Positions 28,670 to 37,811 of a DNA stretch of 43,104 nt are shown one piece after another (within the stretch, counting starts at the first letter, position 1; every line of letters starts with the position of its first letter). The stretch comes from Promethearchaeota archaeon (lineage in GTDB: Archaea; Asgardarchaeota; Lokiarchaeia; Sigyniarchaeales; SOKP01). A program made the translations under genes and the position numbers. Location of the stretch: positions 1 through 43,104 of the forward strand of contig JABCSY010000026.1 of assembly GCA_018238625.1 (NCBI GenBank). Reading direction: 5' to 3'. Under the pieces are notes generated by a model that ran no database searches, was not told the origin of the DNA, and was given only the letters and a program-made list of their open reading frames with translations.

Positions 28670-29679
28670 AAACAATAATTATTCATATTAGCGAAAAGCA
28701 CCATGTTGGTATCGCTAGGAGAAGGATTTCTCAATTTGCTAAAGAATTTGGGTTTTTAGATACACAACTTAGCGAAATATCAATTGTAGTTACGGAATTA
28801 GCCGAAAATGCGATCAATCATGGAGTAATCGAAGGTAAAATTACATGCTCGTCATTTGAAGAGGCAAGAAGAAAAGGCATTCAAATAGTTTATGAGGATA
28901 AGGGACCAGGAATCGCAAAAATCGATATAATTATGGAAGATGGATATACAACAATCGGAAGTCTCGGTATAGGTTTAGGAGCGATAAGTAGGCTCATGAG
29001 CGAGTTTAAAATAAGCTCGAGTGCTTCGAAAAAGCAACCAGGGACAATTATAGTCGCTAAAAAATATCTCCCTCTAAAAAAGGATTTAACAGAGGGTCCT
29101 CAAAGAGAGATGATTTTTGGAGTGTTTAGTAGGAGTAAATTAGGCGAATTATACAATGGTGACAGCTACTTTCTAAAACACTTTAATGGTAAGACGATTG
29201 CTGCTGTAATTGATGGTTTAGGGCACGGATTTGAGGCGTTCCAAGCCGCTACAGAAACACGTCTATACTTTTTCGAGAACTATAATAAACCTCTTGAGAA
29301 AATAGTTAATGAGTTACATAAGAGGTTAAGAAAAACTCGTGGAGTTGCTATTTCGATAGCTTTAATTGATGACATTAAAGGTGAATTGGAATATGTAGGA
29401 ATAGGGAATGTCTCAACAAGAATATTTAATTCACCGGCCCCGATAAGACCTCATAATTATAACGGAATTTTAGGTTATGTTATTAGAAATTTTAAAGTGT
29501 CAAAGTATCCTTGGGTTAAAGGAACTGTTATAATAATGACAAGCGATGGGATCTCGGGAAATTACGATCCTGAGAAATATCCGGGTCTTTTTAAACAACA
29601 TCCGATTAAAATTGCTAGTACAATTTTAAAGGAACATGGAAGAGATTACGATGATGCAACTATTTTAGTAGGAGGTTAA
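28657..29679 (+). CDS. RsbT-like ATPase fused to RsbX/SpoIIE PP2C phosphatase
   Basis: TELAEN, DKGPG, LGIGLGAI; then NGD, IDGLGHG, TSDG, DDATIL. Confidence 0.9.
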   Translation: MGGVKTIIIHISEKHHVGIARRRISQFAKEFGFLDTQLSEISIVVTELAENAINHGVIEGKITCSSFEEARRKGIQIVYEDKGPGIAKIDIIMEDGYTTIGSLGIGLGAISRLMSEFKISSSASKKQPGTIIVAKKYLPLKKDLTEGPQREMIFGVFSRSKLGELYNGDSYFLKHFNGKTIAAVIDGLGHGFEAFQAATETRLYFFENYNKPLEKIVNELHKRLRKTRGVAISIALIDDIKGELEYVGIGNVSTRIFNSPAPIRPHNYNGILGYVIRNFKVSKYPWVKGTVIIMTSDGISGNYDPEKYPGLFKQHPIKIASTILKEHGRDYDDATILVGG

Positions 29680-29684
29680 GAAAA

Positions 29685-30560
29685 ATGGATGAAAAGACTA
29701 ATAACTATAAGGAAAAACTAAAAAAAATTGAAACTCTTTTAGAGCAAGAGACCTTAAAGCGCAAGAAATTGGAGGAAAGATTAAGAATTTCTTTTGACGA
29801 ATTGATCAATTCAAATAAGGAAAATTTATTGACATTGGGAATACAAATCTCATTTCTTCAAAAGGCTCAAGGCAGAGCAGAATTTTACAAAGATTTACTC
29901 TCTCACGACATTAATAACATCTTCCAGAGTATTTTGTCTGGAATACAGCTTAATGAACAATTGCAAAGACGCCCCGATAAATCGGATGTTTCAATAGAAA
30001 GCATGGAAATTGTTAAAGAACAAATCTTCCGAGGAGCAAAGTTAATATCTAATGTGCGAAAGCTCTCTCAACTAGAAGAAGGCGAAATATCGCTTGGAAA
30101 AGTGGATATCTGCAAAATCTTAAAAAAATCCATTATTTCTGTGAAATCCATTCATCTTAAGCGGAACAAAGACATTCAAATCGATTCAGTCGGTAAAGAA
30201 CTTTATGGTCAAGCCAATGATTTTCTAAAGGATGTGTTTGACAACATCTTGATTAATGCGGTAAAACACAATAATAATCCCATGGTTGAAATCAAGATTA
30301 AAATTTCCAGAGAGCAAAAAAATGGAATAAATTATCTTAAAATGGAATTTAAAGATAACGGTATAGGAATAAACGATACTGATAAAGAAGAGATTTTTCT
30401 AAGAGGCGAAGATAAAAGTGTTTATGGAATTGGTTTAGGATTGTCTCTCGTAAAAAAAATTATTAATAGTTATAGCGGAGAAATTTGGGTTGAAGATAGA
30501 GTTAAAGGAGATCGTTCGAAAGGAAGTAATTTTGTTTTGTTAATTCATGAGGTGGATTAA
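29685..30560 (+). CDS. Cytoplasmic histidine kinase
   Basis: SHDINN H-box, NILINAVKH, DNGIG, GIGLGL. Confidence 0.9.
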   Translation: MDEKTNNYKEKLKKIETLLEQETLKRKKLEERLRISFDELINSNKENLLTLGIQISFLQKAQGRAEFYKDLLSHDINNIFQSILSGIQLNEQLQRRPDKSDVSIESMEIVKEQIFRGAKLISNVRKLSQLEEGEISLGKVDICKILKKSIISVKSIHLKRNKDIQIDSVGKELYGQANDFLKDVFDNILINAVKHNNNPMVEIKIKISREQKNGINYLKMEFKDNGIGINDTDKEEIFLRGEDKSVYGIGLGLSLVKKIINSYSGEIWVEDRVKGDRSKGSNFVLLIHEVD

Positions 30561-30945
30561 AACGGAAAGAGTATTCATCGTTGATGACGAACGAGCACTT
30601 CAATTTATTTATAGTGAACTTTTAGAGATAGGTGGTTTTGAGGTAGCTGGTATCGCAGAAAACGGAGAACAAGCCGTTTCCATGTTTAAATCGTTTTCGG
30701 AGAAACCAAAAGTAATTTTAATGGATAACAGAATGCCTAGAAAAACTGGACTTGAAGCTACAAAAGAGATATTAGAAATTGAAGTTAATGTCAAAATAAT
30801 ATTTGTAAGTGCCGATAATAGTATAAAAGAAGAAGCCTTATCTATTGGCGCTTTCAGCTTCTGGGAGAAGCCCTTTGAAATTGACGAGTTATTAGAACAT
30901 ATCAAAAAAGCTATTGTATCTTACGATTCCGCCCTGTCAAATTAA
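30547..30945 (+). CDS. Stand-alone receiver (CheY-like) response regulator
   Basis: VDDE, MDNRMP, SA, KPF. Confidence 0.92.
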   Translation: MRWIKTERVFIVDDERALQFIYSELLEIGGFEVAGIAENGEQAVSMFKSFSEKPKVILMDNRMPRKTGLEATKEILEIEVNVKIIFVSADNSIKEEALSIGAFSFWEKPFEIDELLEHIKKAIVSYDSALSN

Positions 30946-31067
30946 TCCTATTAAAAGACACCATTAATCAGGCTAACAAAACTCCATTTTCATAATAATT
31001 ATAGTTTTGAAAATTTAATGATTCGAAAAATACTGATAATAAATTAATAAAATAAAAGTTTATTTAC

Positions 31068-31616
31068 TTACTTGCCGCGCATAAATGACGGGAGCATTAA
31101 GCTAAAGATTTCTGCTATTTTTCTCAGCTTAGCAGCTTCCTTAATTATAGTAATAATCAAAACTGATTTTTCAAGTTCTTCTTTAACTAATGAACCACCC
31201 GAATAAATAGCTTCTTCAGAATTGAAAACTAACAAGTATCTAACGTTAGGATTGTTAATAATACTTACTCCCGTGGTTACTTTTAGGTCGTCGTATACTT
31301 CCAAAAAATCTTTTGGAACGCTACCTCTATCGTTAGTAATTATTAAAATTGGAATACCTTTCTGTGTTAACTTCTTTAATTCGTTAGCGTAAAATTTATC
31401 GATTTTAGGCGAGACAATATTTAACTGTTGTTTTGTCGAGGTAACCAGATTAATTAAACGCTCGTTAACTATATTCTTGCCTTCAGGACCACCTGAAGAC
31501 TCCAAATTTATCATTCCTACTAGCGATAAAACTTTACTCTCTAAATTTTGAACTTCTCTTTTAAGACGGTCGTTGTCAACCCGGAGTTCGATAATTCTAT
31601 CAGACAAATCTATCAA
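31068..31616 (-). CDS. Coiled-coil + PLD-like fold protein without HKD motif
   Basis: N-terminal heptads; LNIVSP...GIPILIIT...VRYLLVFNSEEAIYSGGSL follows the PLD/Nuc pattern but the H-x-K is absent. Confidence 0.6.
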   Translation of the reverse strand: MIDLSDRIIELRVDNDRLKREVQNLESKVLSLVGMINLESSGGPEGKNIVNERLINLVTSTKQQLNIVSPKIDKFYANELKKLTQKGIPILIITNDRGSVPKDFLEVYDDLKVTTGVSIINNPNVRYLLVFNSEEAIYSGGSLVKEELEKSVLIITIIKEAAKLRKIAEIFSLMLPSFMRGK

Positions 31617-31666
31617 CTAATCTTTTTTAATTTTACTTTTTAATATGAATAATTAAATATGATACT

Positions 31667-34264
31667 TTAACTTAATTTTTTCCACGGTTTTCCAAACGCT
31701 AAATAACTGGATATTGCTAAAGACCCTTTTAAATCGATGCTTTTAGTACCGTCCTCAACGGATAAATCTTTAAAGTTTTGTTCTACGAGTTTGGTCATTT
31801 TATTTGCCATACATGATTGGCGTGCTTTCAAGAGCGAAACTCCTTGGCTCCGATAACTGAACAAATTAACGTAAAAATTTGCTATTATTTCTTTAGTTTC
31901 ATCGTCAAAAATAGGAAAATTTCTCGATATAATACCTATGATTTTATCGTAATCAAAATGTTCTACAATTTCCCCGAAAGTTCTTAAAGCGTTTTTTAAC
32001 TTCTTTCCTTCAACATCATATATTTGAGAGTTGAAAAACAAGAAAGGATTTATATTAGATTTACTCCCTTGCATTGAATTGTTAATATCGTTAAACGTAA
32101 CGATTTCGTTGTCGTTAGTCAGAAAAAAACTATCACGGGGATTCCATTTGGAGTAAAAGATATTTCCTACAAAATGGATTATATGGTTCGCTCCGGCGGC
32201 TATATGTGATAAAACATTTTCTCTCGTCGAGTTTGGACCTGTTAAAACGGTAATTTTATTTACTTCTTCTCGATTATTAAAAAATTCTGTAATGTAATTA
32301 AATTCATTTATTCCAGCTTCAAATGGAAATATTAGCTCTTTAGTTTTAAGCTTATCGTTCCATTTAACGGGACCTGAATTATTAATGCTTTCAATTATAA
32401 GTACATTAAATTTATTCTGGACCTTTAAACCTTCTTTACTTTTTTCAGCCTCACGACCAAAAGTTATACCCCCTAATGGAGGCTCTCCAATTATGTAACT
32501 AATGGAATATTTTAATAAGAAAAAGTTATTATCGTAAATTAATTCGAATGGGATGGTCATATCGTCTAATATAAAATAAATTTCCGGTGTAAAATTTAAA
32601 GCTTTTATCTCAAATTGTTTAAAAAAAGATCTTATTTTATTAGGAAGAAAAACATATAACAACCGACCAAATTCTTTCAAGGTAAAGTTGTACTTTTTTT
32701 CTATGTTACCAGAGAAGATATCGTTGTAAATGTCAAGAATATGAGCATCATTCCAATATTCGTCAAGAATTTTTCCTTCTACTGTTTTATTTTCTTGAGA
32801 AATCATCCGAATAGATATTGACCCTTCAGCATTAATCCTAAATATCATTTGCTTTATTATAAAGCCTTCTTCAAACTCCATAAAAAAATGATCGAATTTT
32901 CCAAACGAATAGATATCTCTCTTAAACGATTCTGTTTCGTTATACAGTAGACATGGATCGCTAATCAGCTCTCTTAAATTCTTTTCTAAGTAAGGTAATA
33001 TTTTTTGAGCAAGATTGAAATCTTTTTCCTCATATAAAGCACGATAGAACATCATCCTCCAGAAATCTCTCTGCTCTAACGAGAAGAAAATTGACTTAAA
33101 TTGCCATAAGAAATTACAAGTGTAAAAATAATGATACAATTGAGCATTATTTTGAGGCGTTTTTAAGTGAGTGCTTAATTTTTCAAGAGATTGCAATAAA
33201 TATTTTTTCTCTTTCATTTCTACGAATTTTTTGGAAGCCTCGACCCATAATTCAATTAAAATATTATCGTATCCAAGATTTGTTTGGTACATAAACAGAT
33301 CTTCCAAGAAGTCATAGATATCAAAAGCAATTTCAAATCTATTCCTTGAAATTGCGAAACTTATGAATTTCCTAATATATGTAACTGCGTCACCGTAGGA
33401 ATGAAACTCGTGAATTTTTGAAAATAGATTTTTAATGATAATGATTATCCAGGTGTATTCTCCAATATCGTTTAAATAATAGATTAATTCCTCTAACTCT
33501 ACTAAAATAGTACTAAAATTTCTTATATTTATAGAGATTTTGCTTAAATTACTAAACTCATTTTTTAAATATCCTGGAATACGATTTACTAATATTTTGT
33601 TCATATACTTAACGAAATCTTCGGAGTTTTCTATGAGATGATAATGAATATTAACATTTTCTATAAAAATATAAAGGAACAAAGCTCTTTTTCCAGGTTC
33701 CAATTTAAATATTGTTCTACCTAAAACTTCCATACTTAAATGAAAAAATTCTTGTGGGATAACGGATTTTCTTAAATACATTAAAATTATTTGTAATTCA
33801 ATTAGTTTGAGATAATTCTTCCTTTCAGTCACTTTAACACAGAAAGAGTTTATAAATTTAGTTATTCCTGTTTGAGATAACTCATCCATTGTAATAAACG
33901 ATTTCAACAATTTGGTGACAAAATTATTGAAAAGATAGAAATCGTCTAATTTTGATAAAAACGAGAAAAATCTTTTGTAAGCGTCAATATATCTAATAAC
34001 ATCTACTTCGGGCCCCTCGTCAGTTCTACGCGTTAAAGAATTGATGTATATCCACCAAGAATTTGATATTATCATGGTTAGTTGGTGTTTTTTCTGGATA
34101 TCAAGCCAATCTGTCTTTTCTATCTCAAAATACAAATCAGTTAATAAGCGATCAGCCCATAAATGATTAGCTGATTGCAATAATCTTCTTCCTTGTATTA
34201 TTCTTTGTTGAAAATTTTTTAAGAAATTTGTTTTTAAATTTAAGTTAATAGACATTGAAACCAT
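31667..34264 (-). CDS. Large helical protein with C-terminal degenerate CHAT (caspase-like) domain
   Basis: FGRLLY..LP, IPFELIYD, HIIHFVGN, FFNSQ, FYVNL...SLLKAR, YLAFGKP follow the CHAT pattern; catalytic His and Cys appear replaced (GN for GH, NS for NAC). Confidence 0.7.
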   Translation of the reverse strand: MVSMSINLNLKTNFLKNFQQRIIQGRRLLQSANHLWADRLLTDLYFEIEKTDWLDIQKKHQLTMIISNSWWIYINSLTRRTDEGPEVDVIRYIDAYKRFFSFLSKLDDFYLFNNFVTKLLKSFITMDELSQTGITKFINSFCVKVTERKNYLKLIELQIILMYLRKSVIPQEFFHLSMEVLGRTIFKLEPGKRALFLYIFIENVNIHYHLIENSEDFVKYMNKILVNRIPGYLKNEFSNLSKISINIRNFSTILVELEELIYYLNDIGEYTWIIIIIKNLFSKIHEFHSYGDAVTYIRKFISFAISRNRFEIAFDIYDFLEDLFMYQTNLGYDNILIELWVEASKKFVEMKEKKYLLQSLEKLSTHLKTPQNNAQLYHYFYTCNFLWQFKSIFFSLEQRDFWRMMFYRALYEEKDFNLAQKILPYLEKNLRELISDPCLLYNETESFKRDIYSFGKFDHFFMEFEEGFIIKQMIFRINAEGSISIRMISQENKTVEGKILDEYWNDAHILDIYNDIFSGNIEKKYNFTLKEFGRLLYVFLPNKIRSFFKQFEIKALNFTPEIYFILDDMTIPFELIYDNNFFLLKYSISYIIGEPPLGGITFGREAEKSKEGLKVQNKFNVLIIESINNSGPVKWNDKLKTKELIFPFEAGINEFNYITEFFNNREEVNKITVLTGPNSTRENVLSHIAAGANHIIHFVGNIFYSKWNPRDSFFLTNDNEIVTFNDINNSMQGSKSNINPFLFFNSQIYDVEGKKLKNALRTFGEIVEHFDYDKIIGIISRNFPIFDDETKEIIANFYVNLFSYRSQGVSLLKARQSCMANKMTKLVEQNFKDLSVEDGTKSIDLKGSLAISSYLAFGKPWKKLS

Positions 34265-34290
34265 TTACGCTAATTATTTTAATTAATATT

Positions 34291-35466
34291 TTAAGAACTT
34301 TCTTGATCTTCTTGTTTTTGATTAGAATCTTGAAGATTAGGGTTATTTAACCATCCCTTTTTTAATTGATTTTTCGAATAAAGAACTGAAGCCCCTATCC
34401 AGCCCATATTTTCCCTTCCTGAGGCAGCTACCACTTTGATCTTATCTTTGAGTTTTTCCGAGAAGAATTTTTGCAATTCTACTATTAATCTCTCACTCAA
34501 ACCAGGTATCAAGCTACTTCCTCCCGATAGGATAATATTTGAAAGAAGCTCTTCCCAATTCTCTCTATCCCATGTCTTTATTACTTTAGAAATAGCTTCA
34601 GCTAAACTAATATAATCAACATGAATAATTTTCGGATTAAATAAAGGTTCTGATAGTAAAAATCTTTCTGAGTTTACTTTTAGCTTAGTGCCGTCTGGTA
34701 AATCTACTATCCGATCGTATTTGGTTAATCCTTCTTTTACTCTTTTCTTTTCCCCAGTAGGATCTAATATACATAAAGAGAATCGTTCTTTAATCTCTTT
34801 TGCGATTGCCATATCAAGATAAATGTTTTTGCTAGCACCGATTTTACTTAAAATTAAATTAAGAAGATAGCTGGTTAAATCTTTTCCGGTAATAGGAAAC
34901 ATATCGCGCGCCATTATGTTAGTAAATCCATGAAAAATTGTAGAGATATACGTATTAGATTCCCCAATATTAACGATTACACCACTAGATTTCTGTAAAG
35001 TGGATAAAATCGCCTGGCTCTCAGATAAAAATAGAAGATAAGGGAATTTTAACAAGTTGAAGTAAATTTCTTGAAGCTTTGTTTTTTCTAACTCTGATTT
35101 GTAAAATGGAGTAATAATGATTATTGGTTGTTTAAACCACAACTCTTCCGATATATTTAATTGTTGATAATAATGATAAAAAAACTTCAGAAGAATGTTA
35201 TAATTGTTTTCCTTTCTGAATTCGCGTATCTTTAAAATGCCCCTATATTTTAAGGCATCATGTCCTACTAAATGAGCTTGATTATTCGTATCTAAAAAAA
35301 TATCTTCCAATCCAATAATCACATCAGATTTGAATAGGTAATCAGAAATATCAACATATACGCTCGGAGCAATGATGTCCGGAAAATCGTCTCCAGCCCA
35401 TCCCATCCTAAAATTATTACAACCAATATCGAGAATTAATGGGAGTAATTGATCGTTATCTGACAT
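34291..35466 (-). CDS. Actin-related protein (divergent Asgard actin family)
   Basis: ILDIGCNNFRMGWAGDDFP, GKDLTSYL, EIKE, LPDG...SERF..SEPLF.P, NIILSGGSSLIPG..ERL, WIGASVL. Confidence 0.93.
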   Translation of the reverse strand: MSDNDQLLPLILDIGCNNFRMGWAGDDFPDIIAPSVYVDISDYLFKSDVIIGLEDIFLDTNNQAHLVGHDALKYRGILKIREFRKENNYNILLKFFYHYYQQLNISEELWFKQPIIIITPFYKSELEKTKLQEIYFNLLKFPYLLFLSESQAILSTLQKSSGVIVNIGESNTYISTIFHGFTNIMARDMFPITGKDLTSYLLNLILSKIGASKNIYLDMAIAKEIKERFSLCILDPTGEKKRVKEGLTKYDRIVDLPDGTKLKVNSERFLLSEPLFNPKIIHVDYISLAEAISKVIKTWDRENWEELLSNIILSGGSSLIPGLSERLIVELQKFFSEKLKDKIKVVAASGRENMGWIGASVLYSKNQLKKGWLNNPNLQDSNQKQEDQESS

Positions 35467-35512
35467 AATCTTTTTTTAATTGTTTATTATCAAACTGATC
35501 TTAAGTAAAACC

Positions 35513-36244
35513 TTATGAGAAAGTTTGTTGTTGATGGATGTATTCATCCGATATTTTTTTTAATTGATATTCCTTAACTTGCAATTCTAGTAACCCTAAA
35601 ACCATTTTAAACTCACTGGACATAGATTCAATGTCTACGCCTGCAATCTTTTCAACCTCCTCGCGTTTTACTTTAAATTGCTCCAAATTGTAATGAATTT
35701 TATCGTATAAGTTATTTATCGTCGTAGATAAGTCTTCGGTGTTTTTCTTTGTTATCTTTCTCATTTTTCTAAGTATTGAGAGGATTGAAGAAATAGAATT
35801 CTCCCATTGGTTGTATCTATCTACATAACCAATAAATATTTCTTCAAAAAAATCGGTTAATTTAACATAGATATCGTCTTTCTTTGAGAATGAGGGCGTT
35901 TTAATGGTGCTAGGGGTAGGGATAGGAACTTCCACTGTCGATTCTTCTTTTTCTTCATGGACTTTTGGAAGAGGTTCTCTCTTTTGAAGAGATTTTCTTT
36001 CGGTAAGCGGAACTTCTTCTATCATGTAATCTTCTGCTATTTTCTTTTTGACTTCATAAGAAAGCTGAGGTGAAATCTTTTCTTCTTCTTTTGGAGAAAT
36101 AAACCCTTTATCTTCAGTGAAGGCTTTAAGTAACCCTTGCAAGGTTGATTCAGTTTTTTTCGACGATTTTAAAACGTTATCTAAAGTGTAGTTAGGAACT
36201 TCCTCTTCGATTTTTTTCTTCTCTTTCTTCTTTTTTTTAGCCAT
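35513..36244 (-). CDS. Hypothetical protein with low-complexity N-terminus and helical/coiled-coil C-terminus
   Basis: 243-aa ORF, co-oriented and closely spaced within the actin-related cluster. Confidence 0.75.
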   Translation of the reverse strand: MAKKKKKEKKKIEEEVPNYTLDNVLKSSKKTESTLQGLLKAFTEDKGFISPKEEEKISPQLSYEVKKKIAEDYMIEEVPLTERKSLQKREPLPKVHEEKEESTVEVPIPTPSTIKTPSFSKKDDIYVKLTDFFEEIFIGYVDRYNQWENSISSILSILRKMRKITKKNTEDLSTTINNLYDKIHYNLEQFKVKREEVEKIAGVDIESMSSEFKMVLGLLELQVKEYQLKKISDEYIHQQQTFS

Positions 36245-36282
36245 AAGACTTAAACATCAACTTTATAATTCTGAGATATATC

Positions 36283-36687
36283 TTATTCCAAAGATAGATT
36301 TTCTACTTTAAGCGCTTCCCCTTTTTCTTTTAAAATTTTTTCGAGTTCTTCTAATGTAAAACTTGGACTCTCTGATATTACAGTCCAAACAGCCGTTTTG
36401 TCTTTTTCAACGATAACGGCTTCGCTATACATCATGCTTAGTTTTAAATCTCCGAAAGCGGTTGCTAATTTAGCTAACGCTCCAGGCGTATCTCCCATTG
36501 TAATTCTTAATTTAATAAGATTGCTCTCATCCCGTAAACCAATTGGAGATATTTTTATTTCTTTAGCTTCAGAGTCGCTAACCATCATTAATTGCGAATT
36601 TGTGGTAATTCCTAAGGATTTTCTTACGATTTGTGGAATAACTATTCTACCACGTTCGTCTATTGTAAGAATTTTAACTTCTTTCAT
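36283..36687 (-). CDS. AbrB/SpoVT-type transcription regulator with C-terminal ACT domain
   Basis: TIDERGRIVIPQIVRKSLGI (AbrB); DTPGALAKLA (ACT). Confidence 0.88.
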   Translation of the reverse strand: MKEVKILTIDERGRIVIPQIVRKSLGITTNSQLMMVSDSEAKEIKISPIGLRDESNLIKLRITMGDTPGALAKLATAFGDLKLSMMYSEAVIVEKDKTAVWTVISESPSFTLEELEKILKEKGEALKVENLSLE

Positions 36688-37163
36688 TGGTTTAACACAA
36701 TTTACGTATTTATAGTTATTATTAAATTATTACCTTTTAATTATAATTGTTCCTTAGAAACAATTTAACTAACTAATGCTTCTTTAATTATAATACTATT
36801 AATTTAATAAAAATTTATTTCTAAAAATACAGAATTAGTAGATTTTTTTCCCCACCAAAGCATATTTTTAAATTTTCTATCTCTTATTAAAGTAAGAATG
36901 ACTAAACCAGTAAATTTCCAAGTAGATACAATGATATAAGAGGATTTTAAATAATGCCATCACAAATTATAGAATGTTTTGATAATAAATATCCTGAACT
37001 GAGAAGAAAAATAGAATGTTTTATACAAAGAGAATTTAAAATAATTCAAGTAATTGGAGTACCAAAAGATCCGTATTCAAGTACAAGAACAACTACCAGA
37101 AATATAATAAACATTTTATCAGATAACTTATGATTAATCTATATTTACCATTTTTGTTACCTC

Positions 37164-37197
37164 GGGAAAGGAAGGATACCTCCTATCTTTCCTTCCC
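37164..37197. other. Purine/pyrimidine stem-loop
   Basis: gggaaaggaaggata-cctcc-tatctttccttccc in otherwise very AT-rich DNA. Confidence 0.6.
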
Positions 37198-37248
37198 CTC
37201 TCTTAATTTTATTAGATTGTTTATTACATACATTTCTTAAATAAAGTC

Positions 37249-37581
37249 TCATCCAAGAAAAAGTATTGGACCACTCACCATAAAATTACTAAATATAAAT
37301 GTTAATGTATACTCAATAAACAAAAATCTCTTATTACTTCCCTTTAATATTGAATAGAAAATTAACAAGAGAAAACTAAAACTTAATATAAAAAAATTGA
37401 TTGCATCCAGAATATAAAAAAAAGTATAGTAATTCAACTTTATATCCAGAATATAAATAAAAGTATAGTAATTAAACTTTAACAACCTTAATTTCCATAT
37501 AGAGAGACCAATAATTATACTAGTTCCTATTGAAATCAAACAAAAAATAGTTGAATTAGCAATATTCCTTAAAAATCGCAA
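37249..37581 (-). CDS. Small hydrophobic membrane protein (possibly decaying)
   Basis: Three hydrophobic stretches; contains a 13-codon tandem duplication. Confidence 0.4.
   Translation of the reverse strand: MRFLRNIANSTIFCLISIGTSIIIGLSIWKLRLLKFNYYTFIYILDIKLNYYTFFYILDAINFFILSFSFLLLIFYSILKGSNKRFLFIEYTLTFIFSNFMVSGPILFLG
37405..37481. repeat. 39-bp tandem duplication
   Basis: atccagaatataaa(a/t)aaaagtatagtaatt(c/a)aacttta occurs at 37405 and 37444. Confidence 0.85.
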
Positions 37582-37811
37582 TTGAATTACTCATGCTATA
37601 GTGATTAATTAGAATAAGAATTACATTATTATTAAATTATAAGTATAAAAATTTTATAGAAAGTGAACAAAGGGAAAAAGGAATTAAAAATAAAATAGAA
37701 TTTTTCTTAATTCTCTTAGTATTATCAATCATCTCAGATTCGTTTGAAAAGACTATTTAATTAGACTTAAATGATATAATACAAAAAAGAAAAATTTATT
37801 TATCTTTTCAA

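Noticed and set aside
37164-37197. Hairpin as a BHB intron
   Set aside because: Flanks do not form the 4-bp helix with opposed 3-nt bulges on either strand.
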